Translations under genes and position numbers: made by a program | In this document: positions 1 through 12,702 of the stretch, piece by piece | Position numbering within the stretch: the stretch's first letter is position 1 | How the letters are laid out: every line of letters begins with the position of its first letter | Assembly (NCBI RefSeq): GCF_964194155.1 | Contig: NC_135892.1 | Location: 11,284,001-11,348,000, forward strand | Direction: 5' to 3' | Length of the DNA: 64,000 nt | Origin: Cetorhinus maximus | Lineage: Eukaryota | The notes under the pieces: generated by a model | What the model was told of the DNA's origin: nothing | What the model saw: the letters and a program-made list of their open reading frames with translations, nothing else | Database searches by the model: none

Positions 1-1812
1 TAAAAGCTCATGGTGTAGGTGGTATCATATTGGCATGGATAGAAGATTGGCTAGCTAATAGGAAACAGAGAGCAGGCATAAATGGGTCATTTTCTGGTTG
101 GCAAGATGTAACAAGTGTTGTGCCACAGGGGCCAGTGCTGGAGCCTCAACTTTGTACAATTTATACAAATGACTTGGATGAAGGGATCAAAGGTATGGTT
201 GCTAAATTTGCTGATGACACAAAGATAGGTAGGAAAATAAGTTGTGAAGAGGACATAACAAGACTACAAAGGGATATAGATAGGTTAAGTGAGTGGGCAA
301 AGATCTGGCAAATGGGACAGAGTTTTCCCCCCATTAGTGGGGAAGTTCAGGAGCAGGCGCACCTCTGATTGCACCGCCATTTTACGTGGGCGGGCCAATT
401 AAGACTCGCTCAGCGTGACGTCCGCCAGGAAGTGCCATGCGCTCCCTGTGCGGATGGGGGGGGATTCCCTTAGCCGAGAGTGCGCTCTTTCGCGCATGCG
501 CGCGAAAGAGTGCACTCATCTCCCTGACGCTAAGTGCTGCCTCAGGGAGATCGGCGCCAAATTCAAAAATGTTCAAAATATAAAAATAAAATTTCCCTGA
601 TATGTCCCCTCATGTGACACTGTCACATGAGTTGGGACATGTCCATCACTTTTAGTTAAACTTTTATTAAATTTTTAAAAACCTACATGAAACCTCGTCC
701 CGCCTGTGGATGAGGTTTCATGCTTCCTCTCAAGCCCGTCAGGGCTCCCGGCCTGCCCGCCAATCTTAAGGTTGGACGGGCAGGTCCTTTAACTACTGCA
801 ATTACTTTTTAAATTGCCTCAATTGGCCGTTGACAGGTCGGCGGGCACACAGCTGATTCGGCTGCGCCCCCGCCGACCTGAAAATTGAAATGACGTGGGG
901 TGACGTCGGGAGTTCCACCTGACGTTATCCCGTGTCATTTTATGCATCGGTGTGCGGGTCCCGCCCCCCACACGCCAACCGGGAAATCCTGCCCATGGAG
1001 TATAATGGGGGAAAATGTGAAATTGTCCATTTTGGCAGGAAGAATAAAAAAAATTATTTAAACAGTGAGAGATTGCAGAGCTCTGAGATGCAGAGGGATC
1101 TGGGTGTCCTCGTGCATGAATCACAAATAATTAGTATACAGGTTCAGAAAGTAATCAGCAAAGCTAGCAGAATGTTATCTTTTATTGCGAGGGGAAATGA
1201 ATACAAAAGTAGGGAGGTTATGCTTCAGTTATATAGGGCATTGGTGAGACCACATCTGAAGTGCTATGTATAGTATTGGGCTCCTTATTTAAGGAAGGGT
1301 GTAAATGTGTTGAAAACAGTTCAGAGGTTTACTAAACTAATACCTGGAAAGGGCGGGTTGTCTTATGAGGAAAGGTTGGACAGGCTAGGCTTGTATCCTC
1401 TGGAGTTTAGAAGAGTAAGAGGCAACTTGATTGAAACGTATAAGATCCTGAGGGGTCTTGACAGGGTGGATGTGGAAAGAATGTTTCCTCTTGTGGGAGA
1501 ATCTAGGACTAGGGTCACTGTTTAAAAATAAGGGGTCGCCCATTTAAGACAGAGATGAGAAGAAGTTTTTTTCTCTCAGAGGGTCGTGAGTCTTTGGAAT
1601 TCTCTTTCTCAAAAGGTGGCGGAAACAGGGTCTGAATATTTCGAAGGCAGAGGTAGGTAGATTCTTCATAAGCAAGTGGTGAAAGGTTACTGGGGGTAGG
1701 CGGGAATGTGGAGTTGAGGTTAACAATCAGATCAGCCATGATCTTATTGAATGGAGGAGCAGGCTCGAGGGGCAGAGTGGTCTACTCCTGATCCTAATTC
1801 CTACGCTCGTAT
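1..1812 (+). mobile_element. CR1-clade LINE 3' part (RT remnant and tail), interrupted by a MITE at 315-994
   Basis: ORF fragments WIEDWLANRKQR...GVPQG-like...KFADDTKIG...LQRDIDRLSEWAKIWQM, LYRALVRPHL, LSYEERLDRLGL; frameshifts and stops present. Confidence 0.93.
315..994. mobile_element. Non-autonomous DNA transposon (MITE, PIF/Harbinger-like), copy 1
   Basis: Imperfect TIRs GGACAGAGTTTTCC...GGAAATCCTGCCC; ATG duplicated at 312-314 and 995-997; removing it restores the CR1 sequence TGGCAA-ATG-GAGTATAAT. Confidence 0.85.
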
Positions 1813-2833
1813 GCAAGCTTAACTGTAAAGGGGGCCCATTTTCAACTCTATTGACTGGGTGATGTGTAGCAGAGTTGAGTTCCCACAAATTTCTATGTCA
1901 TTGATTTCACTGGGATTAAAATTTTGTGTGTTCTACAATGGGTAGGTGAACTGCTCCAACACACCAGTGCCCGGGCAGTGAAGTTGATAATAACCCATGC
2001 ACCCCAACCCCATCCCACGTTATTAATTCCCTTTCTTTGTTAAGTAACATTTCAAGGGCTCCTTTATAAAATTCATAAGACAAGGAGGTTGATTTTAACT
2101 GTAAGATGGCTGACTAGTGGAGCAAGGTGACAGGTCACCTGGCAGTACTGATGGGTGGCCTGGTACATTTTGAGGGTTGGGACTCATTATCATATGGTTA
2201 GCGGGCACCACTGTTTTAGGGTTGCCCTGTTTCTGCCCTGTAACACTGGTTAAAATCTCCCCCATGTATTTTATCTCAAAAAAGTTGACACAATCCACTG
2301 ATATCAAGTCAGGAAGGATGGGCAAGCCTCACAGAACGAAGGCATTCTGCAGCACTGATTGGCAATTCTATGAATTATTGGCTCCTTTAACTCAGGATTA
2401 TTCAACAAAGGTAGAAAGGATCTCAACACAATGATGTGGGAAACACAATTATTTCACCAGTCCTTTTATTTAGGTGATTTGCAGTTTGTTGTGGCCATTA
2501 GAATAAGAAATAACTTCAAGGGGGACATGGGGATTGAAGTTCATAATGCAATAAATAGATGAATTTGATCCACTCGTGTACCAAAGTACCTTATTGGCCA
2601 ATGATGCTAAACAGGAGGAGAAAGCTGGGAAGGGCACTAAGGCAAAAAAAAGGACAACGGTTTTGAGAAGACTTTCAATAGCAGGGAGATGCCACAGCAC
2701 AGGGAGCTCCAGAGAGTGACATCATGCTGCTACAATCAACTTCCTCTTTAGACTAATTTTTTATTCGTGCTCGACTATAAATATGTCCTTACAATGCCAT
2801 CAGGAAGATTAAAAACAAGTGTTATCATAAAAT

Positions 2834-3165
2834 GGGCAGCACGGTGGCGCAGTGGTTAGCGCTGCTGCTTCACAGCCCCAGGGACCTGGGTTCGATTTTG
2901 ACCTCGGGTGTCTGTCTGTGTGGAGTTTGCATGTTATCCCCATGTCTATGTGGGTTTTCGATGGGTGCTCTGGTTTCCTCCCACTGTCCAAGTACGTGCT
3001 GGTTAGGCGGATTGGCTATGGTAAATTGTCCCCCAGTGTGTGTGCATGTGACTGTGTGCCCTGTGATGGACTGGTGTCCTGTCCTTGGTGTACCCTGCCT
3101 AGCGGGATAGGCTCCAACTCCCCGCGACACTGAATTGGATGAAGCGGTTCTGGAAAAGTGAATGA
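2834..3165 (+). mobile_element. tRNA-derived V-SINE
   Basis: A/B boxes GGTGGCGCAGTGG / GGTTCGATT; V-domain TGTGTGGAGTTTGCATGTT...GGTTTCCTCCCAC; 13-bp TSD GTTATCATAAAAT (2821-2833) / GTTGTCATAAAAT (3166-3178). Confidence 0.9.
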
Positions 3166-3923
3166 GTTGTCATAAAATAAAAGCACACAACATATACTTG
3201 CAAATACAGTGCCAACTGAAAGTTAAAAAATATTCCCATGAGTGAAACCAGTGCTAAAACTGAAAGTGATCTGTGATGAGCTCATGACCAAAGATTGCTT
3301 TTTCTGGATGGTACATATTCTATCTGTAATTGGCTGGGAAAGTCGCTATGGGTGGTGCATGCAGCACTGCGGACCATACATGGCTCGTGCGGCATTCTTC
3401 AAAGATATTAATGGAGAATGCCACACGGACCATGTAGGTAGCAGCCTGTGGTGCTAGCTGCATCCAGGGAAACTAATGTAAGTCTGAGTGTATGTGAATG
3501 AATTTACCTCCCATAGAATTCTTAGAGGCTTGACAGGTTAGATGCTGGGAAGATGTTTCTGCTGGTTGGGGAGTCCAGAACTAAGGCTCACAGCCTCAGA
3601 ATTAGGGATTGCCATTTGGGTCAGAGATAACAAGAAATTCTTTCAAAGGGTTGTGAATTTTTGGAATTCTTTATGCCCGAGTCCAATGGATGCTTAGTCA
3701 TTGAGTATAACAAAGGGCCATAGTTTTTTGGATACTAAGGGAATCAAAGGATATGGAGATAGGGTGGGAAAGTAGAGTTGAGATAGGGTGGGAAAGGGGA
3801 GTTGAGATAGAAGATCAGCCATGATTTTACTGAATGGCAGAACAGACTCGAAGGGTTGAATGGCCTCTCCTGCTCCAATTTTGTATGTACAGATTTTGGC
3901 CTGAGTCCAACAGCGTCTTTACA

Positions 3924-4168
3924 GAAATAAAAACAGAAAATGCTGAACAAACTCAACAGGTCTGACAGCATCTGTGGAGAGAGAAACAGAGTTAACGTTT
4001 CGAGTCTGTATGCCTCTTCTTCAATTCATATACTCTGAAGAAGAGGCATACAGACTCGAAATGTTAACTCTGTTTCTCTCTCCACAGATGCTGTCAGACC
4101 TGCTGAGTTTTTACAGCACTTTTTGTTTTTATTTCAGATTTCCAGCATCCGCAGTATTTTGCTTTTAT
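3924..4168. mobile_element. Penelope-derived inverted (fold-back) terminal repeat, family 2
   Basis: About 100-bp arms are near-perfect reverse complements around ~4024-4034; each arm has a CTGAAGA...GAAA(C/T)GTT hammerhead-like core. Confidence 0.75.
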
Positions 4169-4383
4169 GCTAGCATCTTTATAGAGATTGTTTGAAATTT
4201 TCAAAGTTTTTGCTTTGCAGATAAATGAACCAATATCAGAAGCTAGAAAATTAGAGGTACATTCTTTGTATTACACTGAAATTACTGTGAGGATAAAGTT
4301 TCTTCCAAGGTATTCAACACAATAAATGTTTTTATTTAAACCTTCAAAAAATTATGGAACATATTCCAGAAGGGTGGTTGTAC

Positions 4384-4550
4384 CTCTATATTTGAAGCTA
4401 CAGAAAACGGTAACAGCTGACATTCTTTTGTCCACCTCATATTCTGGGACACACCACTGTTCATCAAAGGGAGTATCATCAAAAGGATCACATTTTGTCT
4501 TTCGAGTGAGGAGCTTAATGCACGATGATGAGAATATGTGCTTGGGATCA
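4384..4550 (-). CDS. Same gene, coding exon 5 (U-box-like C-terminal half, start of Zn finger); no stop reached
   Basis: ttgcaaag| acceptor; AG+T gives Ser, then DPKHIFSSSCIKLLTRKTKCDPFDDTPFDEQWCVPEYEVDKRMSAVTVFCSFKYR + G, |GTACAA donor; 167 nt. Confidence 0.83.
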
Positions 4551-7500
4551 CTTTGCAATAAGAAACATTGACATTAATTAGAAGGCTTGTACAATCATAA
4601 TCTATTGTGGACACAGTAGATTGGTATTGTGAGAGCGCCACTATGTATGATAAAGACACATTGATCTGGTTCAAAACTCAGGTTTTGTAGTTCCAGGAGG
4701 CACTTTAACCACAGAGGTGCTGTTCCAATAAGTTGAAACCTTCCTCAGAGTGCAACAATAACAAACAGTGCTACAGAAGAATCAGTAGCACGGTCAGAAA
4801 GTAGGCTAGCCAATCATTGCAAAGTCATGTCCTAGACTCAATTCTTAATGTGTTTTGTTTTTGTCTGTAATATCCGTGGGCCATGATCCCAGCGGTTATG
4901 GTGGGAAAGCACCTTCTGGTGCTCTCCAGCATTGATCCTGGAGTTGGCGTTGTCAGAGGAAAGGAATCTCATTTGTGTAGGGAATGGGAGTGCCCTTCAT
5001 CACTACTGATACACCTCCATAAGTCCACAGTCCACCTAGCTGGAAACTCCAGTGCTTGCCCATCACTGGAAATAGGTTTCACAGAACAAAGCACCTCTCC
5101 TGCCACCCACACTCCACCGTAAAATAATCCATTCATGTTCCTGTAGCTCCCTGAGTAAAGGAACACAATTAAGAATTCTTTAAAAAAATCTCCTTTGCTT
5201 CACGTGTCCCAGGCTGTTTGAATTGAGACCCACATCTGTCCATCTGGAACTAGGCAGGTCTGATCTCACTGAGCCCATCCAGCCTCCAAGATAATGCTAT
5301 GTCCAGAGTGGCCCCGGAAAGTGAGTGTCTCTACTCCAGCTCCACTCCTGATGACATTTGTCTTGTGAAGGGTGAGCAGAGATTCCACCCCTGAAAAATA
5401 TCCTTGAATTGACAAGAGACCTGATGCCACTGGTTCCCAGCCATACCCCAGTGGGTTCTGTTGGTCTCTCATTGGAGTTATGATTGAAGCTTAGAGGAAA
5501 CCCTCAGGAAAGTTGGCGTCATCATTACTTTCTCTTAACTTTCCCAAACTTCCTCCCTACATTTCCAAAGGTACCAATTCTTTGATTCAGTATGGCTCCG
5601 TAGATATTGGGTACACTTAAGTATCTCACTTTAAGTATGGTATGTATGCAAATCTAAAGAATAATAACAAACTGCATTTATACAGCACCATCAACATTGT
5701 TAACAACATGAATGTTACCTTTAAAATATTGACACCGACCCGCAGACTAAGATATCAAGACAGATGATCAAAAGCTTGGTCAAAGAGACAGATGTTAAGG
5801 AGAGAGCAGGAGAAATTTATGGATGAAAATCCAGAGTTTAGAGCTAAGGCAGTTGATTCAAAATTCAATCAAATTTTAACTACTTGGCTAGTACCAGATT
5901 GACTGCTTGTTTCAAACACTACCCATTCGCCTGATTTTCATTTGAAGATTTATGGCAGCAATGTGAGGGAGGGCATTCCAGACCTCACTATTAACTTAAA
6001 TAATGTTGGCCTGCTTGATTTCGATTTCCCAACTAAAAGGCAGTGCGGTGCAAGACATCCCACAGAAGAGTTCCCAGGAGAGATTTATTGGTCAACGTAT
6101 TTCAGACAACCCTAAGCAGCAACATTTTAACAAAAGTGTCCAGTGATATTCCAGTTGTTTTTTTTCTCCCCTTCTTTTCCCACCTTTTTTTAAAACAAGT
6201 CCAATCCTGGATGTAAATGGTTTAAAAGAAAACAACCGCTAAACAATGGAGTTAAAAATAGCTTACAAGTTGGTTGTTTGGATTCCACTGAAAGGGTCTA
6301 TTGCCATAATAACACATTGGCTTTGTTAGACATTTATGGTTGTGCTTCACCTGTTAAAGAGATTACTTGCCAATAAGGTACGCAAAGTCACAGATAAATC
6401 CAGTATAGGAAGACAGCAATTGACCCTTTGTTAGCACTATGTCTCCCACTAGAGCTAGCCCCTCCATTTTCCTCTTTTTTCCCTGTACCCTTTAATATGT
6501 TTCTCTTTTAGATGTTTATCCATCTCCCTCTTAAATGCTGTGATAAATTTATTTCAATATCAAATTTTCGTGAATGATTCCATAGCCTAAAGACCTTTCA
6601 TGGAAAATAATTCCTTAATGTCATCCTTATACTCATAATACTAATACTTAGTATAATATCATCCACCAATTAATGGACATAATCATCCACGCTATTTACT
6701 CTTTCAACTCTTCCATATTTTGAGAAATTTCTATTAGGTCCTCCTTAACCTTCTCTTATTGCAGTAGTTTCTCAGTTTTATTTTACTTTAAAAAGACTGC
6801 AGGGATAAATTCCATAGGCCCGGTTTAGTTTTTACTTTTTGGTGAGAGTATTTGGAAGCTCAATATATCCCGTAACATTGCATTCTGAAAATATACCTCA
6901 AGATTGGAAAACGTTTACCAAGAAAAAAGAGAACTCATCTGTCTTGCCCAAGAAAAAATGATTCAAATCCAAAACTGTAAGAAAAGCTAGAAGCATCTTT
7001 CTTGAAACGGTAGATTTACCTCTTGTGGACTAATTCTAGTTATTTTATACAAGCATTCCACTATTCAGCATTTTGTTGCTTATTTTTAATTCTGTGAATC
7101 ATTTTCAATTGTGAATAAATTTGACCAGCTGCTTCTCCTGCACAAAATGTCAATTATTCTAAGCTGACAGGGGGCGTTGGGAGAATCCTACATACTGTCC
7201 AGAAAGCAATTTACTGTGATTGTAACTAATTTAGACCTGATTGTACTAATTCAGCATGATGGTGAATCAAAAATCAGAGGCATTAGTTTGTAGGAAATGG
7301 GTCTACTTGCAGAAATTGTCACCAATTACATAAGAAAGCTAAAATAGTCAATTCTATCAAAATAGAATACATTTTTTTGTAATTTGTTGACTCTTTGCTA
7401 AAATTATTGAACACTGGAATGTCTGGCTCTAAGTAGATTGATGGTGTCCATCCTGTTCTTCCTTAATGTAGAACAGGGGACCTAACGGGGGGGGAAAAAG

Positions 7501-7563
7501 ATAAATCAATAATTTACGTTGTAGAATAAATTTAAGTCAATAAGCTCTAGAAAACTTTCTTAC

Positions 7564-7694
7564 CTTCCTTTGACAGAGACAGGCTGGTAGAAAGCCTTAA
7601 GGGATATCGGGCACTCGTATTCTAGGGCATTATTGAGCTCTGAGAAATTGATAGACCACGGAAACTGTACCCGAAAGATAACAAGCTCATACAC
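7564..7694 (-). CDS. Same gene, coding exon 4 (end of repeat 2, start of U-box-like domain)
   Basis: tttcctgaacag| acceptor, VYELVIFRVQFPWSINFSELNNALEYECPISLKAFYQPVSVKG + AG, |GTAAGA donor; 131 nt; not in the supplied ORF track. Confidence 0.85.
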
Positions 7695-8453
7695 CTGTTC
7701 AGGAAAGTTTGAGAATGATTATTTTAACGGGCTTCTGTGCTGGGCTTTAGAAGCTGACTCTATCAAGCAGTACATAAGAACATAATAGCAGCAAGAATAG
7801 ACTATATGACTCCTTGAACTTGCCCTACCATTAAATACAATGATGGGTGATGTTCTGCCTCAACTCCATTTTCCTACCTGCGTCCCATATCCTTAGATTT
7901 CCTGAAAGACTGAAAGTCTGTCCATCTCAGTCTTGAACAAAAGAGCATCCACAACCCTCTGGGGTAGATAATTCCAAAATTCCCTTAGAGTGAAGAAAGG
8001 CCTGTGGATGCATTGTGGTTGTGTACCCTTTGCCAATCTGATCTCAGACTTTTGCTAATTGTTGGTGGAGGCGACTGATGTCAAGCTCCTCACTGCTGAT
8101 CTGTACAGTGCGCTACTGGCTAAGCCCCTAAAATGCCAGATTTGATCCAACACCAGAACAACCTGTTTACACTTGTCATCATTGGTACTTTTCAAATTCC
8201 ATCCCAGGTGGTTGTCACTGCTTCCAATGGCAAACACTTTGGGTCATTTCCACTGCAGTCACCATTGCAGGAAACTTGTACAATAACTTTCATGTATATA
8301 GTGCCCTTAGCATAGAGGTGCTTCTCAGAGGCATTAATGAAACGCTATGTAAAATTAATGATTGTTTTTATAAGGTTCTGTCAAATGCCTTTAAATTGCT
8401 AGAAAATATCTAATTATAGGAAACTTTAGGTAAGCAAATTGATTGCATTGTAC

Positions 8454-8620
8454 CTGTGAGTTAGTGCCATCTGCTGATGTAACATTCACATCCACTTTGG
8501 TATGTCCTATGTTTAGGTATGTTTGATTACCGTTATTCGACCCATTAATGGTCACTTTCATACCATAGCCTGGGACAATTGGCTGAACATGTACACTGAT
8601 CATATCTAGTGGTGCTGTAC
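8454..8620 (-). CDS. Same gene, coding exon 3
   Basis: attag| acceptor; T+GT gives Cys, then TAPLDMISVHVQPIVPGYGMKVTINGSNNGNQTYLNIGHTKVDVNVTSADGTNSQ, |GTACAA donor; 167 nt; second repeat (LNIG.T...V.VTSADGT). Confidence 0.88.
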
Positions 8621-10414
8621 CTAATATATTAAGAGAATAATTTTTAATATGTGAAAATAACTTTGGCACCGCATTTAAAAACAAATTGAAAGCTCCAAAT
8701 TGCTTTAACCATGTAGCGTGCACATATATTGCAATATGCATACACATATATAAATAGAATATAACTAGATGGATTGCAAAACCTCTCCAATCCGACAGCC
8801 TAAACATATTCCATCGGACAAATGAGACACCCTACCTGCCCATGCACACGTATATAGCTCTTAGCTATAGTCTAATAGGGAACAACTTCATATTTCAGCA
8901 TCCCCCATGCAGATTAATAAACTGTAATGTAAAATGGAATTTATTAGAAAATACAGGATAGATAGCACTTTAAAAGAATATCTTCGTATCTGTTCCAAAG
9001 GAACCAAGGTTAAAAAAGGAGTTGCAACTGCATATGAATTTATTCCATGAATAATCCCCACTTACACCCCCTCCCCCACCTCAACGAGGACCTTTTGCTT
9101 ATAGTCATATTGACTTTTCAAAGCTTAGTTACAAATCATTACCAAGACTTTTCATCAGGTAGAGCGACAATAATGTGGCATTTTACTACCTTTGCATTAC
9201 ATGGTGTTTTATCAAGTTTCTATTTACATTTTCATGGCTGTCAGAAATATTGACTGTCTGCAGTTATTTACGGTTTTCTGACAGAAATTGTTTCCATCTC
9301 TCCCCTACAGCATTACCATGTTGTTCCACTAGTTGGCTGATGCTATTTTCAATGAATGTTTTAAAATCCCAGAATTTCCAGGTTGACACACGTTGATTTA
9401 CATAACTTCACAGCCAGTTTAATCCCTCACCTCTTACTGTGTGTGTAAATTTGATATTGTACTATTGTGAAATTCATAGAAGTTTTGGAGATTGTAATTT
9501 CAGTATAGGATCCATAAATTGAATTTATAAATTTAAGGTAAGTTTAGTGACATTCCTCATTAGAGTTCTAAGTTCTGTTTTTGCAATGTATTAATTTAGA
9601 TAATTTTAGAAGAAGTTTTGTTACTGCTAAATGCCAAAATAGTATTATTCCTTTGATCTGTAATCATTCCGTGCTTAAAAGCTGACTGACTTTTAAGGTT
9701 GTTGAGAAGAACTTGGAGCCATTGCTGAGTCTGGTTAAGAGACAAGTTTCTAAGAAACCAGAAAATCAGCATAGGTGAATGTTTTGCAAAAATAACTTTC
9801 CCAACGAGAAAAGACTGTTCGCTGCAAAAAAGCCATTGAAGGAGGTTCACATTTTAAGGCTATTTCTATGCTGTCTGTATACAAATATTATCATTAGCTT
9901 GATATCTGTAGTTGCTTCGTTGAATTGTTTAAACTGTACATAAATAATTCAGTCAAATTTAGCATGCACAACTCTGGGCTTGCATCTGATATTTCTATCA
10001 TCCAAAGAAGACTGCATGTATCAGAGACGTTACGCAAAATTCAGTTTAACATAATTAAAAGTCATTGTTAATCTTGGGCTATGTGACCTTTGAAGGCAGT
10101 GCCCATAAAAAGTGTCCTTCCCAAAATTCACTCACCGACAGCACTGTACAATCACTGTAAAATGGTACTTAAAGGGCCAAATTGAAAGAACACAGAAAAT
10201 GCTAAGACTCTAGCAGGGCAGACAACAGGAAAATGAAGGCACTTGAGGTAGATATCTTAATTTTACTTTTAATGAGCTTGTCGTGTATTTGTACACTGTT
10301 GTGCTAAACCTTTCCTTCTTTGTCTTCAATCCTGCTATGTAAAGAGATTGACGTGCCTACACTGGAGGAAACTTAATATACTTTTAGCATTCATCGAAGA
10401 AACTTGCCACGTAC

Positions 10415-10619
10415 ATGTATATTTAAATTCATCGATAGAAAATGCAGGATCAAGCAGCAACTTTTCAGCTACTTTCAGTCCACTTAGTAATGGAGTGTTT
10501 GAACTGAGCCTGGTTGCATCTATTTTATACCGCTTCATTGTTCCATCTTCTGCTGCAACCTCAATCTCAATTCTATTTAGACCATCTTGGAGGGTGATCG
10601 TTTTAGTACCACTTGAAGC
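10415..10619 (-). CDS. Same gene, coding exon 2
   Basis: ttcttttcctcaag| acceptor, ASSGTKTITLQDGLNRIEIEVAAEDGTMKRYKIDATRLSSNTPLLSGLKVAEKLLLDPAFSIDEFKYT + T, |GTACGT donor; 205 nt; typical 'L..G.N.I.IEV.AEDGT.K.Y.I...R' end of repeat 1. Confidence 0.88.
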
Positions 10620-10881
10620 CTTGAGGAAAAGAATAGCAATAATTTCACCAAATTACAAAATATTATGTGGGTAATTATTATTGTTACAGTCACTTGGATA
10701 TACAGTTGTTACCTGATAGACATTGGCCAGTAAGCCAAGCCCTATAGACCAGCTCCATAAATCATCGCCACAAGCAGTGAGGGTGAAAATTATTCCCAAT
10801 GATACTCAAGGAAGGAAATGTTTATGTAGGTATACAAGGGACAGTTGTATGAACAATTTCTGGTCAAGGAACCTCTCAAAA

Positions 10882-11230
10882 GTGCCAGTTTGGCTCAGTT
10901 GTGGCATTCTTCACCTCTAAGCAGATTGTGGGCTCAAGACCCACTTCTGGATTTGAACAGGAAATCTAGACTGATACTCAGGAGCAGCATTGAGGGAGTG
11001 CTACGCTGTTGGAGGTGCCCCTTTCCAGTGCACCTTTAAACTGATACCATCTATATGGATGGAAGATAAAGTTTTATGGCATCACTTGAAGATGATTCTT
11101 CCTTGTGCCTTGCACCATTCATCCTTCAGCCAATATTGCCACCTCATTTAGCTTCTTTTATTGTTTGTGGTTCCCTGCTGTGTGCAAACTGGAGATTTTG
11201 TTTCCTTACAAAGCAACATTTTAAAAGTAA
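10882..11230 (+). mobile_element. DeuSINE (SacSINE1-like), diverged
   Basis: TGGCTCAGTTG head and GAGGGAGTGCT...GGAGGTGCC body shared with other copies in the window. Confidence 0.65.
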
Positions 11231-11409
11231 TTAAATCTGTGCTATCAATATGGTTTGCATATTGAAAAACATTCTGTAAAGTAGCCTAATTGTTCCTCAG
11301 ACGCAAGTAGATGTTGCATTTTATACCTAGCTATGCGCTATCGTCAACACTGAATGCCCCCTTCCTGCCTGTAATCTGAGAGTATGTTTACATGCCAAAT
11401 TTAATGTCA

Positions 11410-11725
11410 CTCAAAGCAGCTTCTTGCCTCTGAGATCTCTGCACTCCTCTAATTCTGGCCTCTAGAGCATTTAGGATTCTAATGACTCAACCACTGGCGG
11501 CCGCGCCTTTAGCTGCTTGGCCCCTAACCTCTGGAATTCCCTCCCCAAATCTCTCTGCCTCTCTTTCCTCCTTTAAGGTGCTCCTTAAAACCTATCTCTC
11601 TGACCAAGTTTTTGGTCATCTGCCCTAATATCTGCTTATATGGCTCAGCATCAAATTTTGTTTGATAACGCTCCTGTGAAGTGACTTGGGATGTTATACT
11701 AGATTACTTTATAAATGCAAGCTGT
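11410..11725 (+). mobile_element. L2 LINE 3' tail
   Basis: CTCTGGAATTCCCTCCC...CCTTAAAACCTA...ATAAATGCAAG; same tail in reverse at ~25175-25500, 51678-52000, 54625-54990 and 61735-61945. Confidence 0.7.
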
Positions 11726-11828
11726 TTTTGTTAAATAGAACAAACAACACTGAAGCATGCCATTTGGCCCTTCTTACGTGATTTTGAAACCCATGGCAAT
11801 AATGGTTGACTATTAACTCCCCTTAGCT

Positions 11829-12128
11829 GTTTGGTGGTACAGAACTTGAGTACTGCTGAAAAAAAGAGACATGTCCAAGCTTTTTGTCTTCCACTCATCA
11901 GGACACATGCAGGAATACCAATATAAGGGGGAAAACAACAATTTATACTGTATGTGAAGGGAATGCTGATTGGTTGGCGAATGGCAAGTTCTGGAATGCC
12001 ACTTTCCAAACAATCGGCAGTCTCTTCACATACAGTATAAATTCTTGTTTTCCCCCTTATATTGGTATTCCTGCAAGTGTCCTGATGAGTGCAAGACGAA
12101 AAGCTTACACACGTCTCTTTTTTCAGCA
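11829..12128. mobile_element. Palindromic Penelope-type element, family 1
   Basis: Arms ~11854-11980 and ~12008-12128 are reverse complements; same family at 19149-21084 and 57190-57515; hammerhead cores in both arms. Confidence 0.75.
12077..12112 (+). ncRNA. Minimal type-I hammerhead ribozyme motif
   Basis: gtgtc-CTGATGA-gtgcaagac-GAAA-agct-TA-cacac; core intact, first stem-I pair mismatched. Confidence 0.6.
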
Positions 12129-12341
12129 ATTAACTCCTCTCTGAAATGGCCTAGCAAGCTACTTAGTTGTATTCAAGAAAGTGGCTCACCACCACTTTTT
12201 CAAGGGGCAATTAGCGAATTGCCAGCAATGCTCACATCCCGTGAATGAATAAATAATAAAAAAAATTGTCATCTGTGCAGGTGCCTAAGCTTGAATCGTA
12301 TGTCCCTGATGTTGGATAAAGGACTGCTGTCACCCCAGTGC

Positions 12342-12702
12342 ATCAGCTGTGGTTCCACGGATAGCACTCTCTCCTCTGAGTCAGAAGGCTGTGGTTTGAA
12401 GTCCCATTGTAGACTTAAGCACAAAAATCTATGTTGACACTCCAGTGCAATACTGAGGGAGTGCTGCATTGTTGGAAGTGCTGTTGTTTGGATGAGACAT
12501 TAAACTGACGCTCTCTCAGATAGATGCAACAGATCCTGTGGCACATTTTTGAAGAAGAGCTGGGGAGTTCTTCCCAGTGTTCAGGGTCAATATTTATCCC
12601 TCAATCAGCATTATTAAAAAACAGCTTAACTAGACATGACCACATTGCCATTTGTGGGAATTTGCATGCGCAACTTGGCGGCCCTGTTTCATACACTACA
12701 AC
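12342..12702 (+). mobile_element. DeuSINE (SacSINE1-like)
   Basis: TAGCACTCT..CCTCTGAGTCAGAAGG head; GAAGAAGAGC.GGGGAGTTC; AATATTTATCCCTCAATCA. Confidence 0.75.

Noticed and set aside
2834-2900. tRNA gene
   Set aside because: A/B boxes belong to a SINE head; no full cloverleaf or terminator.
3409-3445. Possible exon 6 of the novel gene (cacag|GC TGC..., giving GCYLHGPCGILH*)
   Set aside because: Phase fits, but there is no pyrimidine tract, the stop comes early and the Zn finger is not completed; the true exon is more likely outside the window.
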